In this document: piece after piece, positions 1 to 12,929 of the stretch | How the letters are laid out: each line of letters begins with the position of its first letter | How positions within the stretch are numbered: the stretch's first letter is position 1 | Notes under the pieces: generated by a model | The model's database searches: none | Told to the model about the DNA's origin: nothing | Seen by the model: only the letters and a program-made list of their open reading frames with translations | Translations under genes and position numbers: made by a program | Assembly: GCF_006345805.1 (NCBI RefSeq) | Contig: NC_043013.1 | Span: 53,940,001-54,004,000 of the forward strand | From: Octopus sinensis | Lineage: Eukaryota | Direction: 5' to 3' | Length of the DNA: 64,000 bases

Positions 1-2023
1 TCTAAAGATATTTTCTGTGATATTCTTTAAGAAATTGTATTTTTTAATTTAGTATAAAACCATGTTGATGGAGCATCTCAGAAGTACATATATATTTTAA
101 ATAAAATCATATTTATCCAGCATTAGTTTTGCCTCTTTTGTCTAGCGATAGATTTTTTTATTTACAATATTACTACAGATGTTCTAATTCAAAAATTAAA
201 TTTCATGAGCTTTTTGAATATTTCTAAAAGCTTTACATTCAATTCTTCTAAATAATGAAACAAAATTTGAAGAACTTTTATTGCATACCCCCATTGCATT
301 ATTTTTTTTACTTCTGAAGACAAATTCCACTGAAGTAATTTTTGGCAAGAAATTCTAATTCTAGTCTCTTCTGCTAGTAAGCCAACAATGAATATTCAAT
401 AGGTGAATGTCAATATTTCTTATTCTGAATTTAATCACATTTGATATAAAATGACTATTTAGGAGAATTAGAAGAAGAATTTCTCTTTGAGAAAGAAATA
501 TACACATGACCAAAAAGAAAATTAAAAAAAACATCAAAACATACTGAGGAATAAGTTTTGAATAAAAGTTGAATATTTAATTGAAATTGATTGATTTTAA
601 TGGAGAATAATTTCCAAAACTGTTCATTACTCTAACAAAGCAATTAAGCTTCATTGTAAAAAAAAAAAAAAAAAACTTAGAAAAATTACAACTTCTGTAT
701 AAACTGATTTCATGAATTATTGATGTTTCTCAATGTTTTTAGAATTTGTCATTCCAATTTTTTTTTCTGTTTCTTGCATGTCTGTTGCAGTTTAGGATGA
801 GAGGATAGAACTGAAATGCTGATCCAAGTCTGTAGTAAAACCAATAGTGCTTAGTTTGAAATTTTTTTTTTTCTTTTTGGTTTCTTTTTCAGTGATGCAT
901 TGAAAATTAATTTCAAACTCCTATTTAGTTTTTATGGTATATTCTTACAAATTAGTTTCAAACCATATTCTTTAATATTTTAGAAACCTTGTGTCAGATT
1001 CACTATACAAGTCAGAAATTTTAGCATAAGTCATCTAATATAGATTATTTGATGAAAAATAATGTAATAAATTTTGAATGGAGATTTCATTCGTATTCAC
1101 TGCCCCCAACATCTTTGGTTTGTTATTCTCTATATATGCTCTATATTTGATATAAGCACCAATATTGAAGTAAATTTTGGTGAAGTTCATTTAATGTTTT
1201 GAATTTATAATTAAAATGTGGGTGGTGGGGGTTCCTCTACTTGTGCTAGATAAGTTTATAGACTGCTTGCTTTAAGAACAACTTAATCAAGTATTCCATA
1301 CTAGTGAATATATAATGTATATTCCTTGGAAGATATTTATATATTTGCATTTATTGAAATATTTTTTAAGTACCTTTTTCCAAGTGAATTCTAAATGGCA
1401 TGAATTTTCCTCATCTGCAAACAATGCACTTTTTCTCATCAATCACCAGACATGAAGCTGAATACTTTTTAGCTAAATCTTGTCTTCTCAGGACTTTGAT
1501 TCTTTAGAACCTGTTGTTGTGTACATTTTCCTTCTGTAGAAGTTGAAGGGGAATTTCAACAGCATTGAACTTACTAGTCTGTGAGGGCTTGCAAGTGTTG
1601 TGCTTAACAATTCAAAGAAAAGTTTAAAATCTCCAGGAATGTCCTGATGAAACTGATTTTTTTTTCTGCATGTGCTAAAGAAAATGTAATTCGGTTAGCA
1701 GTAAAATATGAATTGTAACTTTCTGATTTACAACTTGTTTAAATCTAAATAAACATCTATATCCATTAACTTTGACATATAGACTACAAAACTTGATAAG
1801 ACTAACACATTCTATTTTCATGATGTCTTTATTCATTCAAAAGTATTCCATTGTTTTTTGGGGTTTTTTAACCAAAGATCCATCAAGATATGTTATGAAT
1901 TTTATCAAATGTAAAACACATAACTTTGGAAATATTTAACATTTTCCTGTTTAAGTATCATTGAAAACCACATTATATTCATCCATAATTGTATAAAATA
2001 CAGGATATTTTGTTGTGACACTG

Positions 2024-2079
2024 AAAAGTCAGTCTGATGAAGTCAATCAGCACTGAAACTTCAGTCACTGTCAAATTTT
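2024..2079 (+). ncRNA. Minimal type I hammerhead ribozyme motif
   Basis: Core CTGATGA 2034-2040; stem II AGT/ACT (2041-2043/2052-2054) with 8-nt loop; GAAA 2055-2058; stem III AC/GT closing TTCA; GTC cleavage triplet 2064-2066; stem I GTCAGT (2028-2033)/ACTGTC (2067-2072), 5 of 6 pairs, then AAA bulge and AAAA/TTTT. Confidence 0.7.
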
Positions 2080-5000
2080 ACCTTGGAATTGATGTATGTG
2101 TGTGTGTTTGTGTATTTGTGTGTGTGTATTTTTCAAAGAAAATACAAAGCAGCAGCATTTTTACTTTAGACATTTAATTGGTTAACAGAAGAACCATTTA
2201 ATTATTAGATGTGGCATACCATAGCCTGGATAATTCTTTTTCCATGGAGATGGTATGTTGCAATGAGAAAAAATAACAGACCACTTGAGTCGTTGTTTCA
2301 TTGTTTATTTTATTAAAATGACGTCAAACATGAACACACATGTTTAAATTAAACTGGAACAATCTTCATTTTTTTTTATTTCATTTTATTTATTTTTTTT
2401 ACATCATATTTCAGACTGTCAGGGGAAAAAAAATGAACTCTTATTCAGAGAGTAGAAAATGTTAACACTGACCAATTGGTCATATTTTTTTTTTAAATGT
2501 AACAATGAACATTTTAAAAAAATCAGTTTTTAAAATTTTCCATCAGATTTAACCAGTGGTTTAACTAAGAACCAGTTTAATTTTTGGGTACAGACAAATA
2601 ACAAATATTGGATTCTAACGTTTTTTTCACTTTTTTTTTATTGTTTTCTATTTTTCATTTTAATTTTGTTAAATATCTTGTTTTGAAATGAGAATTTTAT
2701 TTTTGTATTTTGTCAAGTTAATAAAGAAACAAAATTTTTTGTTTGTATTTTGTAAACAAATGATGTAATATCTATGAAATATTACCTAGTATTATTCTAA
2801 ACCAAAATATGAATGCCTTGAAACCAAAAGAAAACAAAAGTCACAGTGATAAATATAGGAACAATTAAAAGTTTATTTGCTGCATCATCACTTTTTGTTG
2901 TTTTTTTTTATACTTATAATCCATTCTTGGTTGGGTAGAATTTAAATTGACAGGGCTCCTTTAAGTATAGTCTGCAAGATATCTGAGTTGATGGGTACAA
3001 AGTTACCAACTCGTACATTGATATTTAATGTATTGAAATTGTATGTGTATATCCTCGGTGAATGTTTGTGAATGTATTTCAAGAAATGTGAGTGGGTGTT
3101 TCCAATGTGATCAGGAACAAAACATAATACGTCTATTGATTTAACAAAATAAAACAGAAAATTCAAAGTGATTCCAAATTGTTGATTGATTATTAACTAT
3201 TGATTTGTTAATGTGATTTATGCTGTATGTAGTAAATTACTAACTTGATTTAATGTTACTTTAAAATATCTGTTATTCATTAATAAAATTATAACACGTT
3301 TGATTTTAATCTTTTTGATATGTGGAAACTAATGTGATAATATTTTTCCTCTTGTATTTATAATGAGTTATTAGAAGAGTTTCTACTGGGTAAAAATGAG
3401 TTGTAACAAATCAGCATAAAGCATTGAACACTTGTGAGATCATTACTAAACATAACTGTTATATCAAATAAAACAAACAAGAAAGAAAAAATATTAGGAG
3501 ACATCGACATGCTACAATTTGTTGGATAAGGTTTACAAGTGTTTTGTTTCAGAATTTTGTTAAATCTTTTTGACGATATCTTTCTATTAAAATTAAGGAA
3601 GATGTCACTGCATGAATTATCATTTCTAGTCTGACTGATTGTTAATTCCTTTTAATGCATCTAAAGAGACTTAATAAATAAATAAAAAGTTAATTTACAA
3701 TAATTAGCTGGTAGTTTTATTGTTGTTAGTAATAATTTATTTCATTAAAACAAAAAGATAATAATGAAGCTCATCAGATATTCAGATCCTGACAAAGGTG
3801 TAAATGTCTTATTTCAAGATTGTAAGAAAATACACTGGAAGAAATATGTCGGTCCTGTTAGAAGTAAATTGAATTATCAAATGCTCAGATAACCTATTCT
3901 CTGACATAATAGAATTATAAGATTTTAATATGATAAATTTGTATACCATTGAAAAAGGTGAGAATTCTGTTGTTTTGGGCATGTTCTTTCTTCAAAGAAC
4001 TCCACTTTCCCACACAGTACACAAGTCAAAAGCATTATTGTTAAAATTTCATTAACTGTCTTTTGCCAACACAGACCATCTCTAGTTTCCTTGAACTTAA
4101 GTTGTTTTTTCTTTTTGTAGTTTTAATATAGTTTTAACAATTAATTTAAAGTCTATCATGAAGAAATGACTTGTCACAATGGTGCAAAGCTATAAATGTT
4201 GAGTGGGGAGAAGAAATTAAATGGAATAACCTCAGTGTATTACTGCTACCATATTAATTGCAAGGAATGAATGACAAGGTTTATCCTATTACTAGTTTGA
4301 TCTCAGAATCTACTTAATTATTATACTCTGGTTATCAGTACACTTTTTATCATTTGAATTAAAAATCTGTGTAATAGAATGGCTAACATCCTGAATTGAA
4401 TACTTTGTGGAAAATAGGGCTTGCACATATGTATGTCCTGTTTACTAAGTATAGATATTCTTTATTAAATCTTGCACATCTTATTGTTGGTAAATATTTA
4501 AAAACACTTTATAAATTTCTATAAAAGCAACATATATACTATGAATCTCACTCTACGTGTGTGTGTGTGTGTTTGTGCAATAATTTTGTGTATCATTGTG
4601 AATATGTGTGTCTGTGATCATGAGCATTACATATTAAATGTACAATACACAAACACACACACTTGAATAACTGGTATACTATCGTATATATTTGTTATAA
4701 CAAGGAAAATATAAATTCTGAAATAAATTTGAGTAAATAATCTAAATTACATAATTTATAGTAAGTTGAATGATGGTTTTTATCTCAGAGAGGGAGGGAG
4801 AGGGGTTATGTCTCTGTGTGTTTGTAAGCATGAAGTAGTAAATAATATTCATTTTACACTATAATGAAATCATTTCTATGAATTAACCAATTGTACAACC
4901 ACACACATACATGTATACACTTGTGCATTCATGTATGTCTATGTCTGGAGATAATAGTCTCTGCTCTTTGACATTGTGTTACATTAGACTATATATGTAG

Positions 5001-5924
5001 ATAGGTCTGTAAACATTAGAAAAACCAAGTTGTTACATCTAAATATATTGTCTCTTCATAGATTTCAGTTTAGCAATAAATTAAATGTGGAAAAAGATTG
5101 TAAGAAATAGATTTGTCTAAATATCTGCTTTATGTAATTCAATCAGAATCAAAAAAAGTATTGTTTCATTTAATTTAAATGATTTATTTTTAAAGAAATG
5201 ATTTAAGAAATTAATATTACTTCTATTCCTTATTTCCACTCAAAAATTATTTGCTTTCATTTCTATTTCTGTGGTTTTAGTTTCATATGGTACACAATAT
5301 AATTATCTTTCTAATATATTATTAGAAAAATATGTAGCATCTCCTGACCATTTTGATATTAATGTGACTTACAGGAATAATTCATCTGGAAATATCTTCC
5401 TTGTTTTCCTGTAGCCAGTCATTTTCTCATAACTTACTCATTCATGCAACAAACTAATAATTGCTAGATTTCATTTTTGTTTTTCCTTTTTTTCTTTTCT
5501 ATAATAAATATTGAGACTCGCTGAATTTTGTATTAAAAAAATGTCTTAAAAAATTAGTGGTATGTTATATATGTGTTCCATTTCTCAAGTTATTGTACAC
5601 TATAAATGAATATAGATACAGGAAATTAAAAGATATTTGTTTTATTTACTAGAAAAAACAGTATTTCCTATTGAATTTGCTGGAGATAAACTACACAAAT
5701 AGTGATGTTTAGAGGAGCATGAAAAATTAAGAAATTAAAATCATCTTGAATGTTTTAATGTGGCTTTATCAATGTTATTAACTTAATATGACAATATCAT
5801 TTCCTTTCTTCCAAGTTTTTTCTTTTTTTTTTTCAAGAATCAAAGTGAAATTCCAATTTCTTAATTTTAAATGTTATGTTTTTTATCTATTTCCTCATTT
5901 TGCAATTTGATATTTCATTCCTTT

Positions 5925-6245
5925 ATTCTTTTACTTGTTTCACTCATTTGACTGAGCCCAAGCTGGAGCACCACCTTAGGTCGAACAAATCGACCCCAGC
6001 ACTTATTCTTTGTAAGCCTAGTACTTATTCTGTGAGTCTCTTTTGCCAAACTGCTAAGTTACAGGGATGTAAACACACCAACATCGGTTGTCAAGCGATG
6101 GTGGGGGGCAAATACACACACACACACAGACACACATATAATGGGCTTCTTTCAGTTTCCATCTACCAAATCCACTCACAAGGCTTTGGTTGGCCTGCAG
6201 TGGGACTGAATCCAGAACCATGTGGTATTACTACACAGCCACGCT
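5925..6245 (-). mobile_element. tRNA-derived SINE family A, internally deleted copy
   Basis: Reverse complement matches the + copies at 41536 and 63423 (ccttgtgagtggatttggtagatggaaactgaaagaagccc; aataagtactaggcttacaaagaataag). The segment after the B box is missing. Confidence 0.85.
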
Positions 6246-7714
6246 TAAGATGCATAAAGATTTCTTCAATCCTGCATTAACTCTGAACTGCTGGCAACAC
6301 TGCACAAGTACAACTATAACAGCTAATAAAAAGTATATATTAGTCTACATGCAAAATAGTAATTAAGAAATAAAGGTATAAAGTTGTTGATTACACAATA
6401 ATTGCAGATCATAATATTAATGTAGATTTTATTAGTTTATTGGGCTACCATTCTCATTTTGCATATATATATTTCATAACTTGCAGATATGGACTCTCCT
6501 GTTTTTTTTTATGGATTCTACCATATTTGTTTTTTTTAACTTATTATAATTCTAATTTTTACAAAAAAAAGACAAACAAAACAAAGTCAGTTTTTCTAGA
6601 ATCTCTTTGTTAGTTCTATCAACCATAAAAATTAAATGTGAACTACAGTAATAACACCAGAATCTCTACAGAAGTGATATATCAGACTGTCAATTAGAAG
6701 TAATATTTTAAGTTGAAACGGTAGCAATATAATTAACCTCTTAATCCTGTCATTAGTGTGTTTCATTTAAATTTTGAAAATAAAGAATTTGGAGTGATTT
6801 AGTAAACTTTACCATTATTGAGCTGTTGTTCAGGAAATATCTTAACCAAAGGCCCTTACATAAAGTTATGGCAGAAGGTTTTGACTTAAATATGTAGCTC
6901 TTAGAATTGTATAGTTTTCATCTGTGGCAGCTTCAGGTGGGTTGGAATAAAATTGGCTAAATTTTTATAAATTTTGATTTTGATTTCTTTAGTATTTCTC
7001 CTATTACATATTGGCAAAAATGTATCTTAATGGTTTACTGTTGGATATTAATTAGATATATCAATTCTTCATTAAAATAAAGTTTTTGAAAATATTCAAA
7101 GTTGAATATTTTATTGCAAATAGGTAGAATTCCTGGAGTTCCTCAGTGCATTGATTTTTTTTCACACAAGTAAAACTGTCAAGAAATATGGCCAACATTT
7201 CCATGTTGGAAATTTTAATTTATTTCAAGGATTTGTTGATGGTCAAACAGTTTTATTCATATTTCACTTTAGAGTACCAACCACACAAAAGAACTATTTA
7301 CTTCTAAATTTGAATTTGTCAGCATTTAAGATATTTATAGAACCAAGTTTAAACAAAATAAACCAGTTAACAATGTGGATTTACCTCAATTTTTACTTTT
7401 GTAAGTTTAGATAAATTATTGAATATTGTAGTATCAACATAAAATTGATGCGAGGAAATGTATTAGCAAAGTTAACTAAATTATTTCCGAATATCACAGA
7501 ATATGACAAGATATGCAATTAAAATATTGAATTTGATAAAACAAAATAGTTTTGATTAAGGATTAGTATATCCAGGTTTAGTTGTTGTAAGTTTCTGTGT
7601 GAAATGGAGTTAATGCTAGAAACATTCCATCCAGAAATAATTATCTCGTTGCTTTTAGGCAAACACTTGTGCAGGTATTGTACGCATGCACACACACAAA
7701 CACTCACCATAACA

Positions 7715-7925
7715 ATGCTGGCTTGGTTGTATGGTTAAGAATTTGTTTTGCATCAAGTTCAGTCCCGCTTGCACAGCACCTAACTGGAGGAATGAATCTT
7801 CTACAGCATTGGGCTATTTCAGTGTATTTGGTAGATAGACGCTTTTGGAAGCCCACCAATTATGTGTGTGCCATGCAAGCGTGCAGTTGATATCTCATGG
7901 TTTGGCTTCAGCAAAACAGTGTCAC
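7715..7925 (+). mobile_element. Degenerate SINE family A-like fragment
   Basis: ggttgtatggttaagaa...agttcagtcccgcttgcacagcacc...gtatttggtagatagacg resembles the head and core of the 41536 copy. Confidence 0.5.
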
Positions 7926-8265
7926 ATTTATGTACATTCACACACACATACTCTGTTTTTGACATCTAATTAGCTGTTGAATCCTATTCATATTAATTAG
8001 CTCTACATCATGATATTGAATACTATTTTTCATATTGACGGATATAAATATTATCACTTGCTATATTTTAATAGATTAATCTGTAAACAGAAGTTAGTGA
8101 CTGATTAGTAGGAAGTTAGTTTTCATTTTATTTTTAGGGTTCAAAACATACAGCAAAAGTATCTCACAATCTATTTCTAGAACTGTCTTTGAAAAGAGTT
8201 CACCTGAGAAGGTCAATATATATGTATATATATCTGATTATGATGAAATATATATATATATATAT

Positions 8266-8498
8266 AAATATCGTGTACATTAAAACACATTAAGAGGCTT
8301 CCAAATAGGAAAGCCTTGTGCTAGAAAGAGCAGTAGAAAACTCAAACCACTAATTAGGGATAAATTCTCGAAAGGATTGAAAATTTAAAACGTTTACCAT
8401 TTAATTCAGTTCCTAGGTTTGAGTTTTCTACTGCTCTTTCTAGCACAAGGCTTTCCTATTTGGAAGCCTCTTAATGTGTTTTAATGTACACGATATTT
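8266..8498. repeat. Perfect 83-bp inverted repeat with 67-bp spacer (fold-back/MITE-like)
   Basis: 8266-8348 is the exact reverse complement of 8416-8498 (checked base by base). Confidence 0.95.
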
Positions 8499-8844
8499 TT
8501 ATGTGAATAATATATAGTTTATTGACTATTTTTTGTGTACTAGGCCACTGGTAACAATAATTTCTATAATTCTTATTACCCTAATATTATTTATATATAT
8601 ATATATACACTTTAAAAATCCAACTAAATGTAGTAGCCATACTTTGAATGTAATCTACCTATGTTGGACCAACACAGATACTGTAATACATTATTTATTA
8701 CTTTGATATTTTAAAGCAGTAAAATTTGCTACATTTTGTTATTCAGCAGAAGAACACGAGCAATTTGACTGCTAAAATTGGATTTTAAAGAGAATATTAG
8801 TAAATCAGCAAGTAGCCAATAAATGTGTAGTCAGATATACTTAC

Positions 8845-8897
8845 CAATCTTTGTAAACTTCCTTGACAAACATAGTAAATGTCAAACAAGTTGATTT
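8845..8897 (-). other. Weak candidate 53-nt exon
   Basis: Acceptor tttatttaaacacag, donor G|gtaagt; two frames open (e.g. INLFDIYYVCQGSLQRL). No homology recognised. Confidence 0.2.
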
Positions 8898-9974
8898 CTG
8901 TGTTTAAATAAACCACTTAGAGTAGAATATAAAGCTTTAGTGGTGTCTTACAAAGTAAACATCTGCTAGTATTTACAAGAACTTTGACATACTTAACAGT
9001 TATGTTGTTCAAATAAAGATGTCGGCCATATATATTTCACAGCATGTATGTATGTATGTATATATATATATAATTAGAATGGTAAATTTGACTTGCAAAC
9101 ATTTGTGTTTAAAGATTAATTAGCAAATTATTTTTCATTACTTATATTTTTTTCTCTTAATCCTTATATTATATTTTTGAAAGTTAAAAAGACTTTTTAG
9201 ACAAACTACGATCTATAGGGTTAAAATAAATATATAATGATTTATGGGTTTTTTTTGTATGTTTGTCATTAAGCCACAATGAAGTTTTAGATTGAATCTG
9301 CCAAGCTTGCTTTGATCTAAATTGTTATTTTAGTTTTATTATTATGGCAAAAACAAATAATTCTTCAATATTATATTTAAAGAGAAAATAACTTCTTCAA
9401 AGAACAGCTGCTTTGATTTTTTTTTCTTTTAATTTTAATCTTTTTTTCGTGATCTATAACTTAGAAATAGTGTTTCTTAAAGGGACTGAAAACATTTGGA
9501 ATAAAAATAATTTTTTGAAACATCGATAACATTTATGTAATAATTATTAATGAGGATAATATTGTAAAATATTTGATTTCACTTTTTAAAATCTTCTTAG
9601 TTACTTAACTTTAATTTTGTGAATTAAATAGCTTTAAATATTTTTTATTTTCTTCAAATGAAAATCAGATTTTATTCCTCCTAAACTCTTAACTGATCAA
9701 ATAATTTAGGGCCTGGAGAAAGTGAGCAGGTCAGTGCCCGTGGTCTTTGCAGGACCTCCTAAATTGTAAGATGGAAGCCATGTCCCTTTTGAACTTTTAT
9801 GAATCAACACTTGCAAGAATGGTATGACTTTGGAGGGAATTTCAATGAAGGAACCCCAGGGCATCAGGACATAGTAATTAGTAGAAGGCCTGATGATGAT
9901 GATGATGATGGTGAACACACAATCAAGAATAGATTTTTTCATAAGTAATGTGTGCTTCCTAACTGTTTTCAGGT

Positions 9975-10150
9975 GTGGCACCTTGGGCTGCCATGTTTAT
10001 ATAAGTGTGTGTCTGTCCCCCATCAACTCGTGTTGGTTTGTTTATGTCCCCCATGACTTCAGTGTTCAGCAAAAGAGATTTGTTCAACTTAAACTCTTTA
10101 GGGCAGTGTCCCAACATGGCTGAAGTCCAATGACAAAAACAAATAAAAGG
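9975..10150 (+). mobile_element. Degenerate, deleted SINE family A fragment
   Basis: gtggcaccttggg, gttggtttgtttatgtcccc and ccaacatggctgaagtccaatgac match family A blocks. Confidence 0.55.
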
Positions 10151-10404
10151 TAAATTTAAAAGTTATTATTTACCATGAATGGTAATTAAAAAAAAAACCC
10201 AAATGCCTATCAATATTTTGATTTGTCCATCTATATTCTGTTTTCAAACATCACAGGGGTTTACTTTGTTTTCTATTCTTCCATAGTTAATGGATGAAGG
10301 TTATACTGGGGTCATCTAAATTGATTACATCTACTTACAACTATACAACAAATTTCTGTTGGTATAACTTCCTACATTGTGCCAATGAAAGAAATCAATA
10401 TTAC

Positions 10405-10457
10405 ACCATAATTAAACCATAATTTAAACCATAATTAAACCGTTAAACCATAATTAA
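10405..10457 (+). repeat. Short tandem repeat (ACCATAATTAA) x about 5
   Basis: Three exact 11-mers, one 12-mer and one 8-mer variant, adjacent. Confidence 0.85.
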
Positions 10458-11749
10458 AGAGATATTCAAATTCTTTGTGTTTTACTGACATTGCTTTATT
10501 TAAGCTTATGTTCTAACTTTTGAAAATTTAATAAGTTCCCATGTAAAAATAATGATTTTTTAAAAATTCTATTTTGTTGTTCAGAAACAAAATTATGTTG
10601 TCTTTGATTTTTGTGAGAAGATATATGCAGGCTTTCTATAGAAATATCCTAATAATATCTATACAACGGTCCTGTGAAAAAGTTGTCATAAGAGAAAGTG
10701 AGCTTAGGTTTTTTTATGTATGCAGTAAATGTTAAAGACAACTGGTAAGATTCTATATAACAATCTAATTGTCAGTAGACTAGACAGACTTTTCAGTTAA
10801 ATGTTTGATATACATGTCATCTTCATTGCTCTATATTATGTTGAGGTTTATATTTAAAATATTTTATTTGGAAACTAATCCCTCTCTCCCTCTCTCTCTA
10901 ATTAGTTTGCTATTGCTTTTCTATTTGGCTATCAGTCTATCAATTTTAATTAAGATTCATCAATATAACCAATATTTGAAATGAAATATCTGTCAGTGAT
11001 TTCAAGCCACAAAACAATAAGACAATAATAATTAGTAATATTTGCTGTTGTATGTTTTTACTGCTCTTCTGCAGGAGTAAATTTATAATCCAGAGCTAGT
11101 TACCTGCTTAGTTGTGGGCCTATAGGTTTAATTATTCATCATAGTTTACTGCAATGAAGCTTAAATTCCTATACCTTACAGTAAAATGGTTTTCCAATTT
11201 GGATATTTATCTTCTTCAAATTAAAATTGTAAAACCATAAGTTACAGTATTGTATTATTGTGTCAAATGGTTCAGTTGTTTCCAGAGTCTAGGGTTTTGG
11301 ATTTGCTGTAGATCATATTTGTTAGTTTCCTCCACACAATTACAATAACTGTAGTGAAATTCTTGTAGAGTAAAATACAGTATTTGTCAACATTATCATT
11401 GAGAGGCTTTTGCCATCTCAAATAATTGTAATCTAAATAAATTTCAACTTATTCTTTACAAACTAACCTGCATCTATGAATACATGTCAGTAAATGATAC
11501 ATGCATATCTCTAAAATAGCTCAGTTCGTCACAAATTTGTATGTCTCATTCATTTTATTCTTTCTACAAATAAATAATTAAATTTCCTAACTGTGCAAAT
11601 TTTGATTAAATTCAAACAAGTATATTTCTATCCTGAACTATGTGAAATAACCAAGGGAAAAGTGAAGACAATTTCCCCAGTCATACTCTCCCTAATTTAC
11701 ATTCTGTTGCTTTCTGTGAACTAACAATCATAGAACAGGTAAGTAAATG

Positions 11750-12500
11750 TTGTGTCGGTGCCATATGAGATAAAAGATCAGTCCCTACAATTCTTGAAAG
11801 CTATCACCCTCACAAATGTAATTCATTTGAGAGAATTAAAAGAGAAGTTAAAATACTGTGTATATCACTACCCAAATACAATTACAATTATAGAGTATGC
11901 TCACATTCCCTTGACCAAACTATTTTATTCAATGTTTGATAATCTTTCCTGTATTATCGAACCTAATGAAATGTTGAAGGCTATTGACTTTGAAATCATT
12001 CCTCTGAAACAGTCTCTCCCTCATTAATCTCAGACTACAAAATATCCTAGTCTTATTTTCTTACCATGAAAGAAAACAACCCTACCATTAATGCAGTCTT
12101 ACTTTAAATACTTTTAAGTGGTAGAAATAAGTGTGCTGTATTATTGTTCTCTCCTCTAACCACTTGTACATGTCATCAAGATCCAGATTTTCTTGGACTG
12201 TTTAACAGGTGAAGCTTTTATAGCTAGTAACTCTGAAATACTTTTCTGATCCCACTGTTATTGCCTCTAACCATCTTCACTGCAATTGTCTGTGGGATTT
12301 TGGTTGTCCCCAGCAACATGACTTTCAATCAACAATATCAACAGAATCTACTCATATCCATTTGATTAAGCCATGTGCAATCATCAGAAAAATGGTTGGT
12401 GCCTAATTCTCAAACCTTGATAAATTGAGGCTTTTACCATCTTTCATAGAATGAAACAGTGAATATCTATTGATCTCAGCTGTTCTCTGTGAACCTGCAA
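11750..12500 (-). mobile_element. Very old RTE-type LINE relic
   Basis: Minus-strand fragments FSDD (RT catalytic-like), KQSKKIW and ERLSNIE in the order expected for an RT/thumb region; many stops and frameshifts. Confidence 0.3.
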
Positions 12501-12929
12501 AGGTCTTTGGTTTACTTCTATGAAGTGTCAGTTATTTTTATTGTCTATCCACATTGAATATTGAATTGCTATAAGCTTTTATTGTTGGTTTTTCTGAAGC
12601 TGTAAGTAAACATGAAAATTGGCCAGAGTTTATTAGTTGAAATGTTACCGTGGAAATAAGAGAGAATTATAAAAGGATTAAACTATTTGGTGATACCTTT
12701 CCTCTATTTATTTCAAAATTAGTATCTTCCCAATTTTTAATCTACAAGATGAAATATTTTAATTTATGAATGTCTCTAAATAAGATGTCATGAAGTTTGA
12801 TTTCAAACTAATCAGAAAAAAAAAAGAAAGAAAAATTGTGATGATTTGAATTAAATGAGTTAAGTATCAGGAGGAACAATGACAAGCAGTGTCTTATTGT
12901 GTAAGTTGTCGTGCTTGATATTTGAAGTA

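Noticed and set aside
5876-6280. 60-135 aa ORFs over SINEs (also 13077-13338, 30402-30630, 38961-39236, 41414-41773, 63548-63766)
   Set aside because: They lie within dispersed SINE copies whose frames differ between copies; such peptides are common annotation artefacts.
11752-12027. 91-aa + strand ORF
   Set aside because: No recognisable domain; better explained as the antisense of a decayed RTE relic.
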